Origin: an uncultured Verrucomicrobiae bacterium
GTDB taxonomy: Bacteria; Verrucomicrobiota; Verrucomicrobiia; Limisphaerales; UBA11358
Direction: 5' to 3'
DNA: 64,000 nt
NCBI GenBank assembly: GCA_963755515.1
Contig: CAVWKA010000002.1
Location: forward strand, 10,765-74,764
Shown: positions 54,250 through 64,000 of the stretch, in pieces
Layout of the letters: the number at the start of each line of letters is the position of its first letter
Position numbering within the stretch: the first letter of the stretch is position 1
The notes under the pieces: model-generated
What the model saw: only the letters and a program-made list of their open reading frames with translations
Told to the model about the DNA's origin: nothing
Database searches by the model: none
Position numbers and translations under genes: made by a program

Positions 54250-55297
54250 TTACAGGCCGGTGCGGACCGGTTTTGGTTTTCAAAGGCGCGCGGCTTTGTG
54301 CCCGCCGCCTTTGATTTTCCCGATTTTGACAGAAACAGAGACAGCAGAATCAGTTCAACGGCGCCAAAGGCGATTTTGGCCTCGTAGGGAATGACCGGTT
54401 CGTGATATTGCGAGAGAAATGCTTCGATAAATCCCGCCCAGACCAGCAGCACGCCGACGCCAAAAATCAGCGTGACGACGTCGCCCGAAATTTCGCGCAA
54501 CCGCGCTTCGCAGCGGGGCGCGGCTGCCCCGGCCGATCAGCGCCAGCGCCAGCATCAAGCCGGCCTGGCCGGCGATGAGAATGGCCGGGATTTCGATCAC
54601 GCCGTGCGGCATCAGCCAGCCGAGCAGAAATTTTGTTTGCCCGGCGCGGATGTAATCCACCGCCACCGCGCCGAGAATCACGCCGTTGTAAAACAGCATG
54701 AGGATCGTGCCGAAGCCCCACGTCATTCCGAGCGCCAGGGTGAAGATGGAAACCTTGGTGTTATGCGTCATCAATTCCGCCGAGAAAGTGGTTTTGTACC
54801 CTGCCAGCCGGTCATTCGTGGCTTTTTCCTCCTCGGCCACGCGTTTGGCCGGGTCTTGCAGCAAATGGGAGAACGGCATCAGCACCGGCTTTGGCGTCCG
54901 GGTCAAAGGCAATGGCCAGCCCGCCGAAGGCGCAGCCCGCCAGGGTGATGGCCAGCGAAAAATAAAAGGCCCGGACATGCCGGCGAAACGTTTGCGGCAG
55001 CGTCTGGAAAAACCATTGCAGCGGGAAAAAACGTCGCTGTTTTTCGCGCGTCTCGTGAATTTCGCCATAGGCGCGGGCGACCAGATTTTCCAGATAGCGC
55101 CGCGTTTCCGGTTCGGAGGAAAGGTCGTGATTTTTGCCAGGTCGGCGGCGGTGCGCTCGTAAAGATGATGGAACAGCTGCAATTGCGGCAGTGTCATCCG
55201 CCAGTCCGGCTCGCGCTTCCATCCGGTCGAGCAATTTCTCCAGCTCGGTCCAGAACGGCCGCTCGCCGGCGATGAAACGTTGCAGATCAACAATCAC
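54246..55297 (-). pseudogene. SpoIIM-like (DUF95) membrane protein, frameshifted at least 4 times
   Basis: MIVDLQRFIAGERPFWTELEKLLDRME / MTLPQLQLFHHLYERTAADLAKITTF / SSEPETRRYLENLVARAYGEIH...AFDPDAK / PVLMPFSHLLQD...MTHNTKVSIFTLALGMTWGFGTILMLFYNGVILGAVAVDY...LMPHGVIEIPAILIAGQAG / REISGDVVTLIFGVGVLLVWAGFIEAF alternate between two frames. Confidence 0.6.
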
Positions 55298-56637
55298 AAC
55301 AATTGCCTTTGTTTCACGTTCAGGTATTGCGAGACCAGTTCGGCGCTCAAACGTTCGTTGCCGAGCAGCGAAAATTGCACGCCGCGCCGCTGCAAGATCT
55401 TTTGCAACTCGCGCAATTTCTGCCAGCGCAAATGGCCGCCGAGTCGCCGATACAAATCATCCATGCCCGCCACGTCCGGATCTGGCAAAGAGCGGCTTCA
55501 CGCCCGGCGGTTGCATCATGTTACCAGACCAAATGCTGGCGGCGGATCAATTCCATATTGCGGACGAAATTTTCCGCCATGGCCGGGATCGTCCAGCGCC
55601 GTCAGAAAAACCAGCAGCGCGCGGCGGCGCAGCCGCAGCCGGATGAAGGCGCACAGTTCGTCAAAATCCGGCGTGACGATTTTCGGCTCGAGCGTGTAAA
55701 GCGCGTCGCGGCAGGCGTTGTAATGCGCCTTGCCGTTTTTTGCGCGCACGAATTTTTCCACTTTGTCGGTGAATGTCAGCAGTCCGAACAAGTCCCCCTG
55801 CCGTTCCGCCGCCAGCCCCAGCACCAGCGCGGCGGTGACGAAACGTTCCAGCGTGGAATTCGCTTTCGCATATTTTCATTTGATTGTGCGCGCGCTCAAG
55901 CGCGACGCATCCACGATCACGTAAACCTCCTGGGTTTTTTCGATTTGAAAGACTTTCGTGATGGGTTTGCCGCGCCGCGCGGTGGCTTTCCAATGGATTT
56001 CGTCATAGCCGTCGCCGGGAACGTATTCGCGCAGTTTTTCAAAATCGCGGCCCTTGCCGACCTGCCGTTGCGCGTGCAAGCCAAAAGCGCCGCGATTCAG
56101 AAACAGCGCCGCAAGATTTTTTCGTTCGTTGAGCAAGTTGGGATAAACGCGGATTTCCGATTGCGCCGGAAAGGTTTTGCGCGCCGCCCAAAATCCGAGC
56201 GGCGAACGGCTTTCAATATAGGCCGAATCGAGTTTGTAATTGCCGCGTTTGAGCGGCGTGCACGGCCAGGCCAGCCGCGACCATTCGCTGTGCGCGGGCA
56301 GCAGCGCGTCCAATTCTTCGGTTTCGGTCATGATTTCGCGCGGCCAGGCCAGCGCCACGCGCAGATTTTTTTTGCATGCTGGCGTTCGGTTGCGGATGCG
56401 CAATTCCAATTTTGCCTCGCGGTCTTTCGACATGCGGGCGACCGGCGGAAGTTCGAGGCCGATGCCCGCCAGACTTTTTCGGGCGCCGATGGCATCGGCC
56501 ATCGCCACCAACAACAGTCCGCCAATGAAGCAACAGCGATACACCGATGGCAGTTGGCGCGACCGCGCCATGAGCAATGCGAACGGCAGAACGATCGCCG
56601 CCACCCAAAACAACAATCTGTAGCGCGGAACAATCAT
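55294..56637 (-). pseudogene. DUF58 protein (MoxR partner), frameshifted at least 3 times
   Basis: ORF 55876..56637 carries GRDFEKLREYVPGDGYDEIHWKATARRGKPITKVFQIEKTQEVYVIVDASR (DUF58 core). The continuation lies in ORF 55516..55824 (MLGLAAERQGDLFGLLTFTDKV) and ORF 55294..55488 (..DDLYRRLGGHLRWQKLRELQKIL..). Confidence 0.7.
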
Positions 56638-57595
56638 CGCGGCACGGCGATTTGCTGGAGAATTTGCTGGATGACTTCGGCCACGGTCAGTCCTTCGATT
56701 TCAAATTCCGGCCGCAGAATCAAACGATGTTCCAGCACCGGCGGCGCCATCATTCTTGATGTCGTCCGGCGTGACGAAATCGCGGCCGGAAATCGCGGCA
56801 TAGGCGCGCGCCGCCATGATCAGCGATTGCGTGGCGCGCGGGCCGGCGCCGACCAGGATGCTTTCGTGCTGGCGCGTGGCGCGGACGATGTCCACGAGAT
56901 AGGCGATCAGTTCATCGCGCATGACGATGGCCGCCAGCTCTTCACGCAGCGACGACCAAATCTTCCGGCTTGATGACCGGCTGCACGGCACCCTGGCGAG
57001 CAGTGTTTCCGGCGCGTCCTTGGTCATCGTGCGCTGCGCGAGCGACAAGTTCCTCGGCGCGGTCGGGCGCGGCCATGGTGATTTTGAGCATGAACCGGTC
57101 TTTCTGCGCTTCGGGCAGCGGATAGGTGCCTTCGTATTCAATCGGATTTTGCGTGGCGAACACGGTGAAATTCGGCGGCAGCGGATGGGTGTCGCGGTCA
57201 ATCGTCACCACGCGTTCCTGCATCGCCTGCAGCAGCGCCGACTGGGTCTTGGCCGGCGCGCGGTTGATTTCGTCGGCCAGCAGGAACGAGGTGAAGACCG
57301 GGCCTTTGATGAGCGAGAATTCGTTGCGCTGCAGGTTGAAAACATTCGTGCCGGTGATGTCGGCGGGCATGAGGTCGGGCGTGAACTGGATGCGGGCGAA
57401 ATCGGCGCCGAGCACGCGGGCGAGCGTGCGCACGAGCAGGGTTTTGGCGACGCCGGGCACGCCTTCGATGAGCGCGTGGTTGCCGGTGAAAATGGCGATG
57501 AGCGCCTTTTCGATGACGTCGTGCTGGCCGATGATGACTTTGCCGGTTTCGTGCCGCGCCTGCGCGAGGACTTCCTTGAGTCTTTCAGTGTTCAT
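56634..57595 (-). pseudogene. MoxR-family AAA+ ATPase, C-terminal third frameshifted at least 3 times
   Basis: Intact N-terminal two thirds ([15 protein letters not shown] Walker [50 protein letters not shown]). Then [19 protein letters not shown] / [13 protein letters not shown] / EELAAIVMRDELIAYLVDIVRATRQH...FVTPDDIK / MMAPPVLEHRLILRPEFEIEGLTVAEVIQQILQQIAVPR lie in different frames. ATGA overlap with the DUF58 start. Confidence 0.8.
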
Positions 57596-57607
57596 AATTT
57601 TTGTGAT

Positions 57608-58853
57608 TCATGGGGTTCCCAATGCATCGGCAGATTTTTTTATAAGTTGCGATGGGATTGCGGTCCTTGGGCGGCAGGGAATTTTCCGCTGAGAAACGGC
57701 CTCGGCCTGCTGCAGCCTGCGTCGAGGAGCTATTTCCGCCTGCGCCGACCGTTTTTTTCCATTCGGCAAAACAGGCTGCGCAGCAAGTCGCGCGGCGCGA
57801 TGCTGCGGCGGAGCAGATTGACAAAGCCAGCGGCGGAATCTTTGCCGGCCACAAAATCCTGCCGTTTTTTCATCGGCGCGCGGCGGCACGAGGCTGGTGG
57901 CATTTTTCCAGATGAACAAGTCCGGCCAGCAAGCAGCAATCCGGCGGCCAGCCCGTGCAACCGATATTTGCGCATCAACGTCGCGACGCCGGCTTGTTTC
58001 GACGATGCCAAAATGCGCCTCGTCAAAAACCACGTTTTTGTTCGAGCCCGACGAGCCACGCCAGCAAATCCGCATGGCGGTCCCTGGCCATGGCTTCATT
58101 GCTGACGAAATAAGAATCAGTGGCCAAGACGACCGAGCCATTGCCAAATTGTCGTTCGATGACGACGGCGTTGGTGCCGCGCGCATAAATCGCGCGCCAG
58201 GCGCTGTCGCAATTGGTGAAAACAATGCCGCTGTGCCAATCCAGGGTTTTCGGCAGGGTCAAATCGGTTTTGTTGACGACATTGACCGGCGCGTAGGTGT
58301 CGCCGTTTTGCTCCAGCTTTTCGAAGCCGGGATGAAACCCCCATTCGTCTTCCAGCGAGACCCAATCTTCCTCGTCGTCAGAAATTCCGCTTTTTTTCAA
58401 TGGCTTTGGCGGTGTCATTTTTTCATTTTTCGATCTGGCAGACGCCACATCATTGGTGTCGCCTTCATCGCTGTAATCAAAATCGTATCCCTCGGTTTGG
58501 GGAAAGAAAGTAATGACGAGCCGGTTGCCACGGGCGAGGAAATTTTGGATTTCCTTAAATGAATCCGGGGAGAGCCAGTCGAATTCATACGGCGAACCGG
58601 CCAGATGCAAATAAACCGTTTGCGCCTCTTCGGGCAAACGGTTGTCGGCGCTAAAATCGCGGGACGCCGAAACGCCGGGAATTTTTTCAAGGCTCTCATA
58701 AAGCGCCATGGTGCCGAGCGGATCGGCCCGAAGCGAAGAATAGGGCGGGTAAACGTCGCCATGCTCGAAGCGCAATTCAAAAAGCTCGGTGATGCCGAGC
58801 CCAAAAACGGCCGCGCAGCCGAGCAAGATGAAAATGGGAAGATAGTTTTTCAT
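57608..58853 (-). pseudogene. DUF4350-like protein; N-terminal approximately 270 aa intact, C-terminal part frameshifted (from about 58050 downward)
   Basis: Start at ATG 58853 (MKNYLPIFILLGCAAVFG), with an ATGA overlap with the upstream gene. ..ADLLAWLVG is followed in another frame by NKNVVFDEAHFGIVETS, then GVATLMRKYRLHGLAAGLLLAG in a third. The exact 3' end is uncertain. Confidence 0.6.
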
Positions 58854-60502
58854 CCGCCGGCCTTGATTCTTTCGACGTTCGCGGAAAATTGGTTCACCAA
58901 ATCTCGATTCACCTCGTGCATGCCATACCAAATGCGCTCCAAGATGGAAATGTTGTCGCCGAAAATTGAAAGCAGATTTGGAAAGGCGTGCGCGCGCCGG
59001 CGCAGCTCGCGCTCGTAATCACGATTCGATTTAAAACGGGCAATGCGGATGAGATTCCTTGCCGCCAGATGGGACAAGCTGGCGAGATAAAAGGCGCGCA
59101 TCGCCAGGCGAAATTCGCCGCGATCGAGAAGCTCGCGCGCCAGTTGGGTCCAGCCGTCCTCCGGCATTTGGTCGGCGCCGACATTTTCATCCAAAATATC
59201 CGGCGTGGAAAAGATGGCTTGGGCCGGGACGGCGGCCGGGGATTTTCCACGGTTGCGCCAGACGCGAAAAAGAAAAGCGGCCAGGGCGGCGACCACGACG
59301 GCCAACAACCCGTAAAGCAAAATTTCCACGGACTCAATCCATCCGTAGCCGGAGGAATCGGCGGAAGTCGAAATCACCGGTTGCCTGGGGAAAAGTTTGC
59401 GAAGCAATTCATCAAGCCAATGCGACACATCGCGCGCCCATTGGCGAAGCGTTTGACCAATCGCGTCGAAGAATTCCCCGAAAATGCCCTCCTGCGAATC
59501 CGGCCCGACAATTTTTTCGCGCGGCATCCGCCAAACGTATTTTCGCTCGTGGATGGTTTGGTTGATCGCCTTGTCCAAATCGGCGGGCGAAATTTTTTGG
59601 CCGGCCGGCGTCGTCGCGGTTGATTTTGGGCTGTCCCCCCTCGCCGGCGACGCCAGGAAAAGGGCGAGGGAAATTAAAATAGCGGCGGCAATTTTTTGCG
59701 AAATGGCGAATGGTTTCAGTTCCGCTTTCAAATCTTCGCCGGATTGCAACGATTCACCGTAAAAGCAGCGCAGGACGAAAATGGTTTTCAAAATCGGGTC
59801 CACGCACAGATAGGTCAGACCCAGCATGGCGGCGAAAAAGGTGGAATTGAGAAGCGCCGACGGGCTTTTGCTGAAAGCCGATTCAATGCCAAAAAGCATT
59901 TTGAACAGATCGGGCAGGACCAGACAAACGGTTGTCCAGTTCAAGAAAACGTAAAAGCCAAAGCCGAGCATGATGGCGAGAGTGACATTATTTTGTGTCG
60001 GCCAGAGCGCCGCCTGCCTCCAGGATTTATTGAGAAATTTTGAAAGACCCCCACCGTCGCCGGCGCCCAGCGCGGTCGCATTTTGAAAAAACGCGTAAAC
60101 CCAGGCAAAAGGCAGCAGCGGAAGAAGTGACAGCGGAATTAAAAACAGGCCGAGCGGCTGTAAAATGGATTGGGTAAAGCAAATTTTCGCGGCGTCGCGA
60201 AAATTCATCGGCGGAATATTTTCCGCGGCGATTTGCGCGCGGAGACGCCGGGCAAAGAGGGTCTGGCAGAATTTCATCCAGAAAAATAAAACGGCGATGC
60301 CGAAGCTGGCATTGGACAGATGCAGGCAGGCAAACGGGCTGCGGCTCATCCCGGCCCAGAAAAACAGCAAACCGAGAACGAATGGAACGGCACCGAGATA
60401 ATAAGCAGCCAGCGCGGCGGGTGGCGCGGTGCGGAGCAAATGCACGGCCTCCTCGATGAGGTCGAAGGCCGGCTTGCCTAGCTGACGGCGCGCGCGTTTC
60501 AT
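58850..60502 (-). CDS. polytopic membrane protein with C-terminal DUF4129-like domain
   Basis: 550 aa with multiple TM helices. C-terminus LARELLDRGEFRLAMRAFYLASLSHLAARNLIRIARFKSNRDYERELRRR fits the DUF4129 pattern. Confidence 0.7.
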   Translation of the reverse strand: MKRARRQLGKPAFDLIEEAVHLLRTAPPAALAAYYLGAVPFVLGLLFFWAGMSRSPFACLHLSNASFGIAVLFFWMKFCQTLFARRLRAQIAAENIPPMNFRDAAKICFTQSILQPLGLFLIPLSLLPLLPFAWVYAFFQNATALGAGDGGGLSKFLNKSWRQAALWPTQNNVTLAIMLGFGFYVFLNWTTVCLVLPDLFKMLFGIESAFSKSPSALLNSTFFAAMLGLTYLCVDPILKTIFVLRCFYGESLQSGEDLKAELKPFAISQKIAAAILISLALFLASPARGDSPKSTATTPAGQKISPADLDKAINQTIHERKYVWRMPREKIVGPDSQEGIFGEFFDAIGQTLRQWARDVSHWLDELLRKLFPRQPVISTSADSSGYGWIESVEILLYGLLAVVVAALAAFLFRVWRNRGKSPAAVPAQAIFSTPDILDENVGADQMPEDGWTQLARELLDRGEFRLAMRAFYLASLSHLAARNLIRIARFKSNRDYERELRRRAHAFPNLLSIFGDNISILERIWYGMHEVNRDLVNQFSANVERIKAGG

Positions 60503-60825
60503 TGCTGGTCAATCCAATGAACCTGCCAAAGGGCGCCTTCATGAAACGAATCCGGCAATTTCAGCAAGCCTTGGCCGATGAGAAAGAAGAAAAACCAGGC
60601 GACGAAGATCCCGAAAACCAGTTGCGCCAGCCGGAAAAGCCACGCCAGAGAAAGCCGCGGCGACAACGGCTGGCGGGCCAATTTTTTGAGACAAGCGGAA
60701 CAGACGACGCGGTCGTCGTGTTCGGTGACGCATTCGCGGCAAAAGAACTGTTTGCATACCGGGCAGCGCGCCACGGCTTCGCGACCGGCGTGGTTAAAAC
60801 AACGTTGTTGGGAGAGAGTTTGCAT
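60499..60825 (-). CDS. B-box-like zinc-finger membrane protein
   Basis: 108 aa from ATG 60825: CFNHAGREAVARCPVCKQFFCRECVTEHDDRVVCSACL, then one TM (LAQLVFGIFVAWFFFFLIG). Its stop overlaps the next start (ATGA). Confidence 0.6.
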   Translation of the reverse strand: MQTLSQQRCFNHAGREAVARCPVCKQFFCRECVTEHDDRVVCSACLKKLARQPLSPRLSLAWLFRLAQLVFGIFVAWFFFFLIGQGLLKLPDSFHEGALWQVHWIDQQ

Positions 60826-60826
60826 T

Positions 60827-61444
60827 TCAGGAAACCAGGCGGGGCGGGACGTTTGGTTTATCGGCGGCAGTATTTTGCGCCGGGGCGCCAGCCGAAGCCG
60901 CCAGGTTCTGCATCCAGGCCGACGCCACGTCCGGTGACAATTGGCCGCCTTGCGCGGCGGCGATGAGCGGGCGGATATTCTGCAAGACCTTGCGTGCGCG
61001 GCGGACGCGGCAAAGCGACGGCAACTCTTCGGTTTGAACGGCGGTGCGGACACCGGTTTTGCAGGTGGCCCCGCAGAACAGATTGGCCAACAGCAGAAGC
61101 ACGCAAAGGCCGAGGACGACCGCCAGAACAATTCCACCGGCGATTTCACCGCTGCTCCAAAGGGATGGCGAAGTTTTCGGCAGGGTTGCCAAAGAGAGAG
61201 CGAAAAAGGAGAGAAAAATGAAAGCGGCAATTCCGTTCAACCATTGATACCGCATCGTTTGCTGGATCGTCACGGCCTGGATGTCACGGAAATAAAATCG
61301 TTTGTAAGTTTCGCTGTAACCGGCGGACTCGACGCAGAGCAAATGGTCATCACCGAGCCAGAGGCTGGAACGCGACATGAAGGCGATGGCGAACAGGCTC
61401 CGCGCGCGCGCGCGGGTCAACCGTTTATATTTTATTTCAGCCAT
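60827..61444 (-). CDS. hypothetical membrane protein
   Basis: 205 aa with two TM helices (IAAFIFLSFFALSLATL, GGIVLAVVLGLCVLLLLANLF). Its stop lies 1 nt before the next start. No recognisable family. Confidence 0.55.
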   Translation of the reverse strand: MAEIKYKRLTRARARSLFAIAFMSRSSLWLGDDHLLCVESAGYSETYKRFYFRDIQAVTIQQTMRYQWLNGIAAFIFLSFFALSLATLPKTSPSLWSSGEIAGGIVLAVVLGLCVLLLLANLFCGATCKTGVRTAVQTEELPSLCRVRRARKVLQNIRPLIAAAQGGQLSPDVASAWMQNLAASAGAPAQNTAADKPNVPPRLVS

Positions 61445-61445
61445 A

Positions 61446-62018
61446 TCATCGTCGGGCGATGGTCACAAAAAGAATTGTCCAGCCGGCGATTTGCAGCGTC
61501 GCCAGAATCATCGCGACGACGAATCGGGTTTTTGTCCGGCGCAAAATGCCTTGCGGTGCCTTCCAATAACGGATGGCGACGAACAGCGACATCGGCGCCG
61601 TGACCAGCGTAAAATAAAAAATCAGCAGCGGATAAATCGCCAGAGCCAGCGCGATGTCGTCGTAGAGCGTGCGCTCATTATCCAGCGTTTTGATTTTGCC
61701 TTTGGCTTTGCCGATTTCGAGACAGGCCGGACAGAGGTGCTGGCCGCGCAAATCGCAATCGCAAAGCGCGCAGAGAAATCGCCCGCAGGCTTCGCAAGGC
61801 ACGACGGCTTTTTTTTTCGGATGATAAAAGCAGCTGGATTCACCTTCAATCATGACGGCTTCCGCATTTTGTCCGGCGCCGATTTTGCGGAACAAGGCGG
61901 GAAAAACTTCGACTTGGAGCGGGAGGCCGCAGGCCGGGCACGGCCTTAATTCGGGCTGATTGAAAATTTCGCCCAGCAGCCATGCGCGGCACGTCGGACA
62001 TTGAAGCGGCAAATTCAT
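61446..62018 (-). CDS. zinc-ribbon/B-box membrane protein
   Basis: 190 aa: CPTCRAW..CPACG, CFYHPKKKAVVPCEACGRFLCALCDCDLRGQHLCPACL, then two TM helices. Confidence 0.6.
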   Translation of the reverse strand: MNLPLQCPTCRAWLLGEIFNQPELRPCPACGLPLQVEVFPALFRKIGAGQNAEAVMIEGESSCFYHPKKKAVVPCEACGRFLCALCDCDLRGQHLCPACLEIGKAKGKIKTLDNERTLYDDIALALAIYPLLIFYFTLVTAPMSLFVAIRYWKAPQGILRRTKTRFVVAMILATLQIAGWTILFVTIARR

Positions 62019-62758
62019 CTATAAACGACACGAGTGTTGCAAATACGGTCGTGCAAGGCGCGTTTTTCCGGATTGTCGAAGCAGGCCATGATATAACCGA
62101 TCATGCATGTCAACGAACTCAATATCTTCGAAAAATATCTTGCGAAAGCGCGTCCGTAGGACACGCGGGCGCCGTCAGCGGTGACGACTTTTATATTGCA
62201 GGCCATTTTCCCGAGCGTTGCGCCGTATTTGCCGACCATAAGGCCTTCGTAAGAGAGAGCGATGGCCATTTCGAAAGTGAAGACCACCAATTGCAGTGAG
62301 ATCAATGCCGCCGGCGCCACGTGTGAACGAGCACTTCCCGCAATGATCAATCCGAAAATCATTCCGATGCCCATGTTGGTGGCGCCCAAAATCAAACCAT
62401 CCAAAAGAACCGCGGCGAACCGGGTCAAAATACGGGCGTATCGCAATTCCCCGGGGTTAATTTGCGCGCCCTCGGCAAGTTTTTGCATGAAAACCGGTTT
62501 GCAGCCGGCGCAGACGCGCGCATTGCCGTAGCGGATAGTTTCATCAATTGGAAAAATTTTTCCGCACTCGATGCAAACGGCTTCGGGGGCCGCTTCCCCC
62601 GGCGACGCGGCGACTTCGCGATACGGCTGCCAGTGGGTCATGCCTTCGCGCCAGACCAAAGTGTCCGGTTGAATTTTTCCGGCGCGAACCAGCTCTGCGA
62701 GTTGTTCGTCGGTCACCGGGCCGGTTTCCTTCCCTTGGTCAGCGTAATGCCAGTTCAT
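62015..62758 (-). CDS. GYF_2 + zinc-ribbon + RDD-domain membrane protein
   Basis: Start trimmed to ATG 62758: MNWHYADQGKETGPVTDEQLAELVRAGKIQPDTLVWREGMTHWQPYREV (GYF_2), CIECG..CAGCK, and an RDD domain (RFAAVLLDGLILG ... GATLGKMACNIKVVTADGARVSYGRAFARYF ... ALHDRICNTRVV). Confidence 0.8.
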   Translation of the reverse strand: MNWHYADQGKETGPVTDEQLAELVRAGKIQPDTLVWREGMTHWQPYREVAASPGEAAPEAVCIECGKIFPIDETIRYGNARVCAGCKPVFMQKLAEGAQINPGELRYARILTRFAAVLLDGLILGATNMGIGMIFGLIIAGSARSHVAPAALISLQLVVFTFEMAIALSYEGLMVGKYGATLGKMACNIKVVTADGARVSYGRAFARYFSKILSSLTCMIGYIMACFDNPEKRALHDRICNTRVVYR

Positions 62759-63053
62759 ATTTAGATCGAAATTTCCGCCGAATTTTACCTGCAAAATGCC
62801 ACAACCCGGACAGTGATGGCAAAATTATTTTTGGGATTCATAGCGCGGCCACTCACCGTTTTTCGGGATTTTCAATTGTTTTTCGGGGTGCCAAGGGCAT
62901 GGGCAACGAAGCGCCGCGCCCGTGCCAGGGAAAACTGGGGGCGTACTGAAAGAAGCACACTGGAAAAAAGACTTGCAAACTTGTGGAGCAGGAAGAAAAT
63001 CACGAAAAGGCCCCACGCGGGTCGTGGGCAGGAAACCAAATGGGAAATATCAG

Positions 63054-63242
63054 GTGAAAAGGAAACTATTATTGGCGGGGTTGATGTTTTTTTTAGTCGC
63101 CGGTTTAAAGGCCCAATCTACCTGGGGGAGTCCATTCGACGCCGACGGAAATGACCGAGTGTCATTGGACACCTATTTCGCCGCAGTCTGGAACGTGAAT
63201 GGCACGCCGATAGACTTGCTGGCGGTGGGAACCGGAAGTTAA
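63054..63242 (+). CDS. possible small secreted protein
   Basis: A GTG start would give VKRKLLLAGLMFFLVAGLKAQS (signal-like) plus about 40 aa. Support is weak. Confidence 0.3.
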   Translation: MKRKLLLAGLMFFLVAGLKAQSTWGSPFDADGNDRVSLDTYFAAVWNVNGTPIDLLAVGTGS

Positions 63243-63823
63243 TGCCACTCAAACAGGAGGCCCCGTGGCCGGCCCACTGGCGATATATTCAGTGAGCGAA
63301 TTCGCTCGCGGATTAATTCTGGATTGGAAAGGCTTAGGTGGAATCTCGCTTTTCGCGGGTACTGTTAAAGGCCAATTTCTTCTGGACCCGCATCATGCCC
63401 CGATGCAGAGCTTTGGCCACATCCAACGAATCAATTTTTCCGACGGAACGCCGCCGCCGAACCTGGAAAAATCCCTCTGGCAAAAAGGTTGTCTGAGCCG
63501 CCTCGAATTGCAATCCCCGTTACACAATTTTTAAGGCCATATTGAGGTTAGGCCGGCAGGTATAATTATGAAGCGGGTTCAAAAGCAAGACCCAACGGGA
63601 AACTTGCGTATTTCGAGTGTTTTCAAGGGTTGATTCTGGACTTGGATTCCAAATTCGATCAAGGCTTTAAATCGCAAAAGGGCAACGCCTGAGCAAAAAA
63701 GACCTGCATCGGAATCCCCATGCCAACGGCACGATGATTGCCGTTGACGCCTTGTTCGCGAAATATATTCTGAGGTCGAAATAAATGCCCAAAGCCACTG
63801 ATCAACGGAGGGAGGCAACCATT

Positions 63824-64000
63824 ATGGACGATCTGCCGTTCAGCCTCGTGCGGGCGGCCATCGGGTTTCACCGGCTGAATGAATGCGTCCTGCGGCAGAT
63901 GGGTTTGAGGGCACAACCGCTCGGGCCGGCACGGTGCTGCACGCGTTGTTTGAGCAGAACGATTGCACGGTGAAAGACCTGGCCAATCGGACGCAAATCC
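63824..64000 (+). CDS. MarR-family regulator, N-terminal part (runs off the window); probable frame change near 63925-63935
   Basis: MDDLPFSLVRAAIGFHRLNECVLRQMGL is in one frame and GTVLHALFEQNDCTVKDLANRTQI (MarR wing/helix region) is in the next. Confidence 0.45.

Overview
GC-rich (roughly 58-60% by eye) bacterial chromosomal window. Gene content looks like the PVC superphylum, most like Verrucomicrobiota; this is inference from gene families, with no database search run. The window starts inside the 3' end of dnaN, so it is probably origin-proximal. In order it contains: a DUF423 protein, an OM beta-barrel and a TPR protein; a futalosine-pathway radical SAM enzyme; an envelope-glycan type cluster (second radical SAM, ArnT-like GT39, secreted protein, histidine kinase, OmpR-type regulator, GT2, small membrane protein); PadR-PspC; a type II restriction-modification cassette bracketed by about 100-bp direct repeats; two glycoside hydrolases (GH63/37-like and GH78); two paralogous 'tail-fibre' proteins with peptidase-S74 autochaperone ends flanking an antisense bactofilin pair; a DUF374 acyltransferase; an ECF sigma/anti-sigma pair with a 1268-aa secreted protein and a CsgG-like lipoprotein; an ECF43-like sigma with two tandem Ser/Thr-kinase/beta-propeller genes; comM/yifB; a GYF-domain protein; and a 10-gene minus-strand operon built around DUF4129-DUF4350-MoxR-DUF58-SpoIIM-RDD. 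I found no rRNA, tRNA or CRISPR array. Two things stand out. (1) Intergenic space is packed with several families of dispersed and tandem repeats: heptamer microsatellites, 104-bp and 213-bp repeats, REP-like hairpin units, a MITE-like 281-bp element and a 41-bp-period iteron-like triplet. (2) Frameshifts are not spread evenly. Two contiguous blocks of about 5 kb (about 43.65-49.04 kb and 53.46-58.05 kb) are riddled with them and both start mid-gene, while long genes elsewhere are intact. The most interesting candidate biology is the fibre/bactofilin locus with a recent gene-conversion tract, the repeat-bracketed R-M cassette, and the zinc-ribbon membrane proteins translationally coupled to the MoxR cluster. 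All functional calls rest on motif recognition by eye and need HMM/BLAST confirmation.
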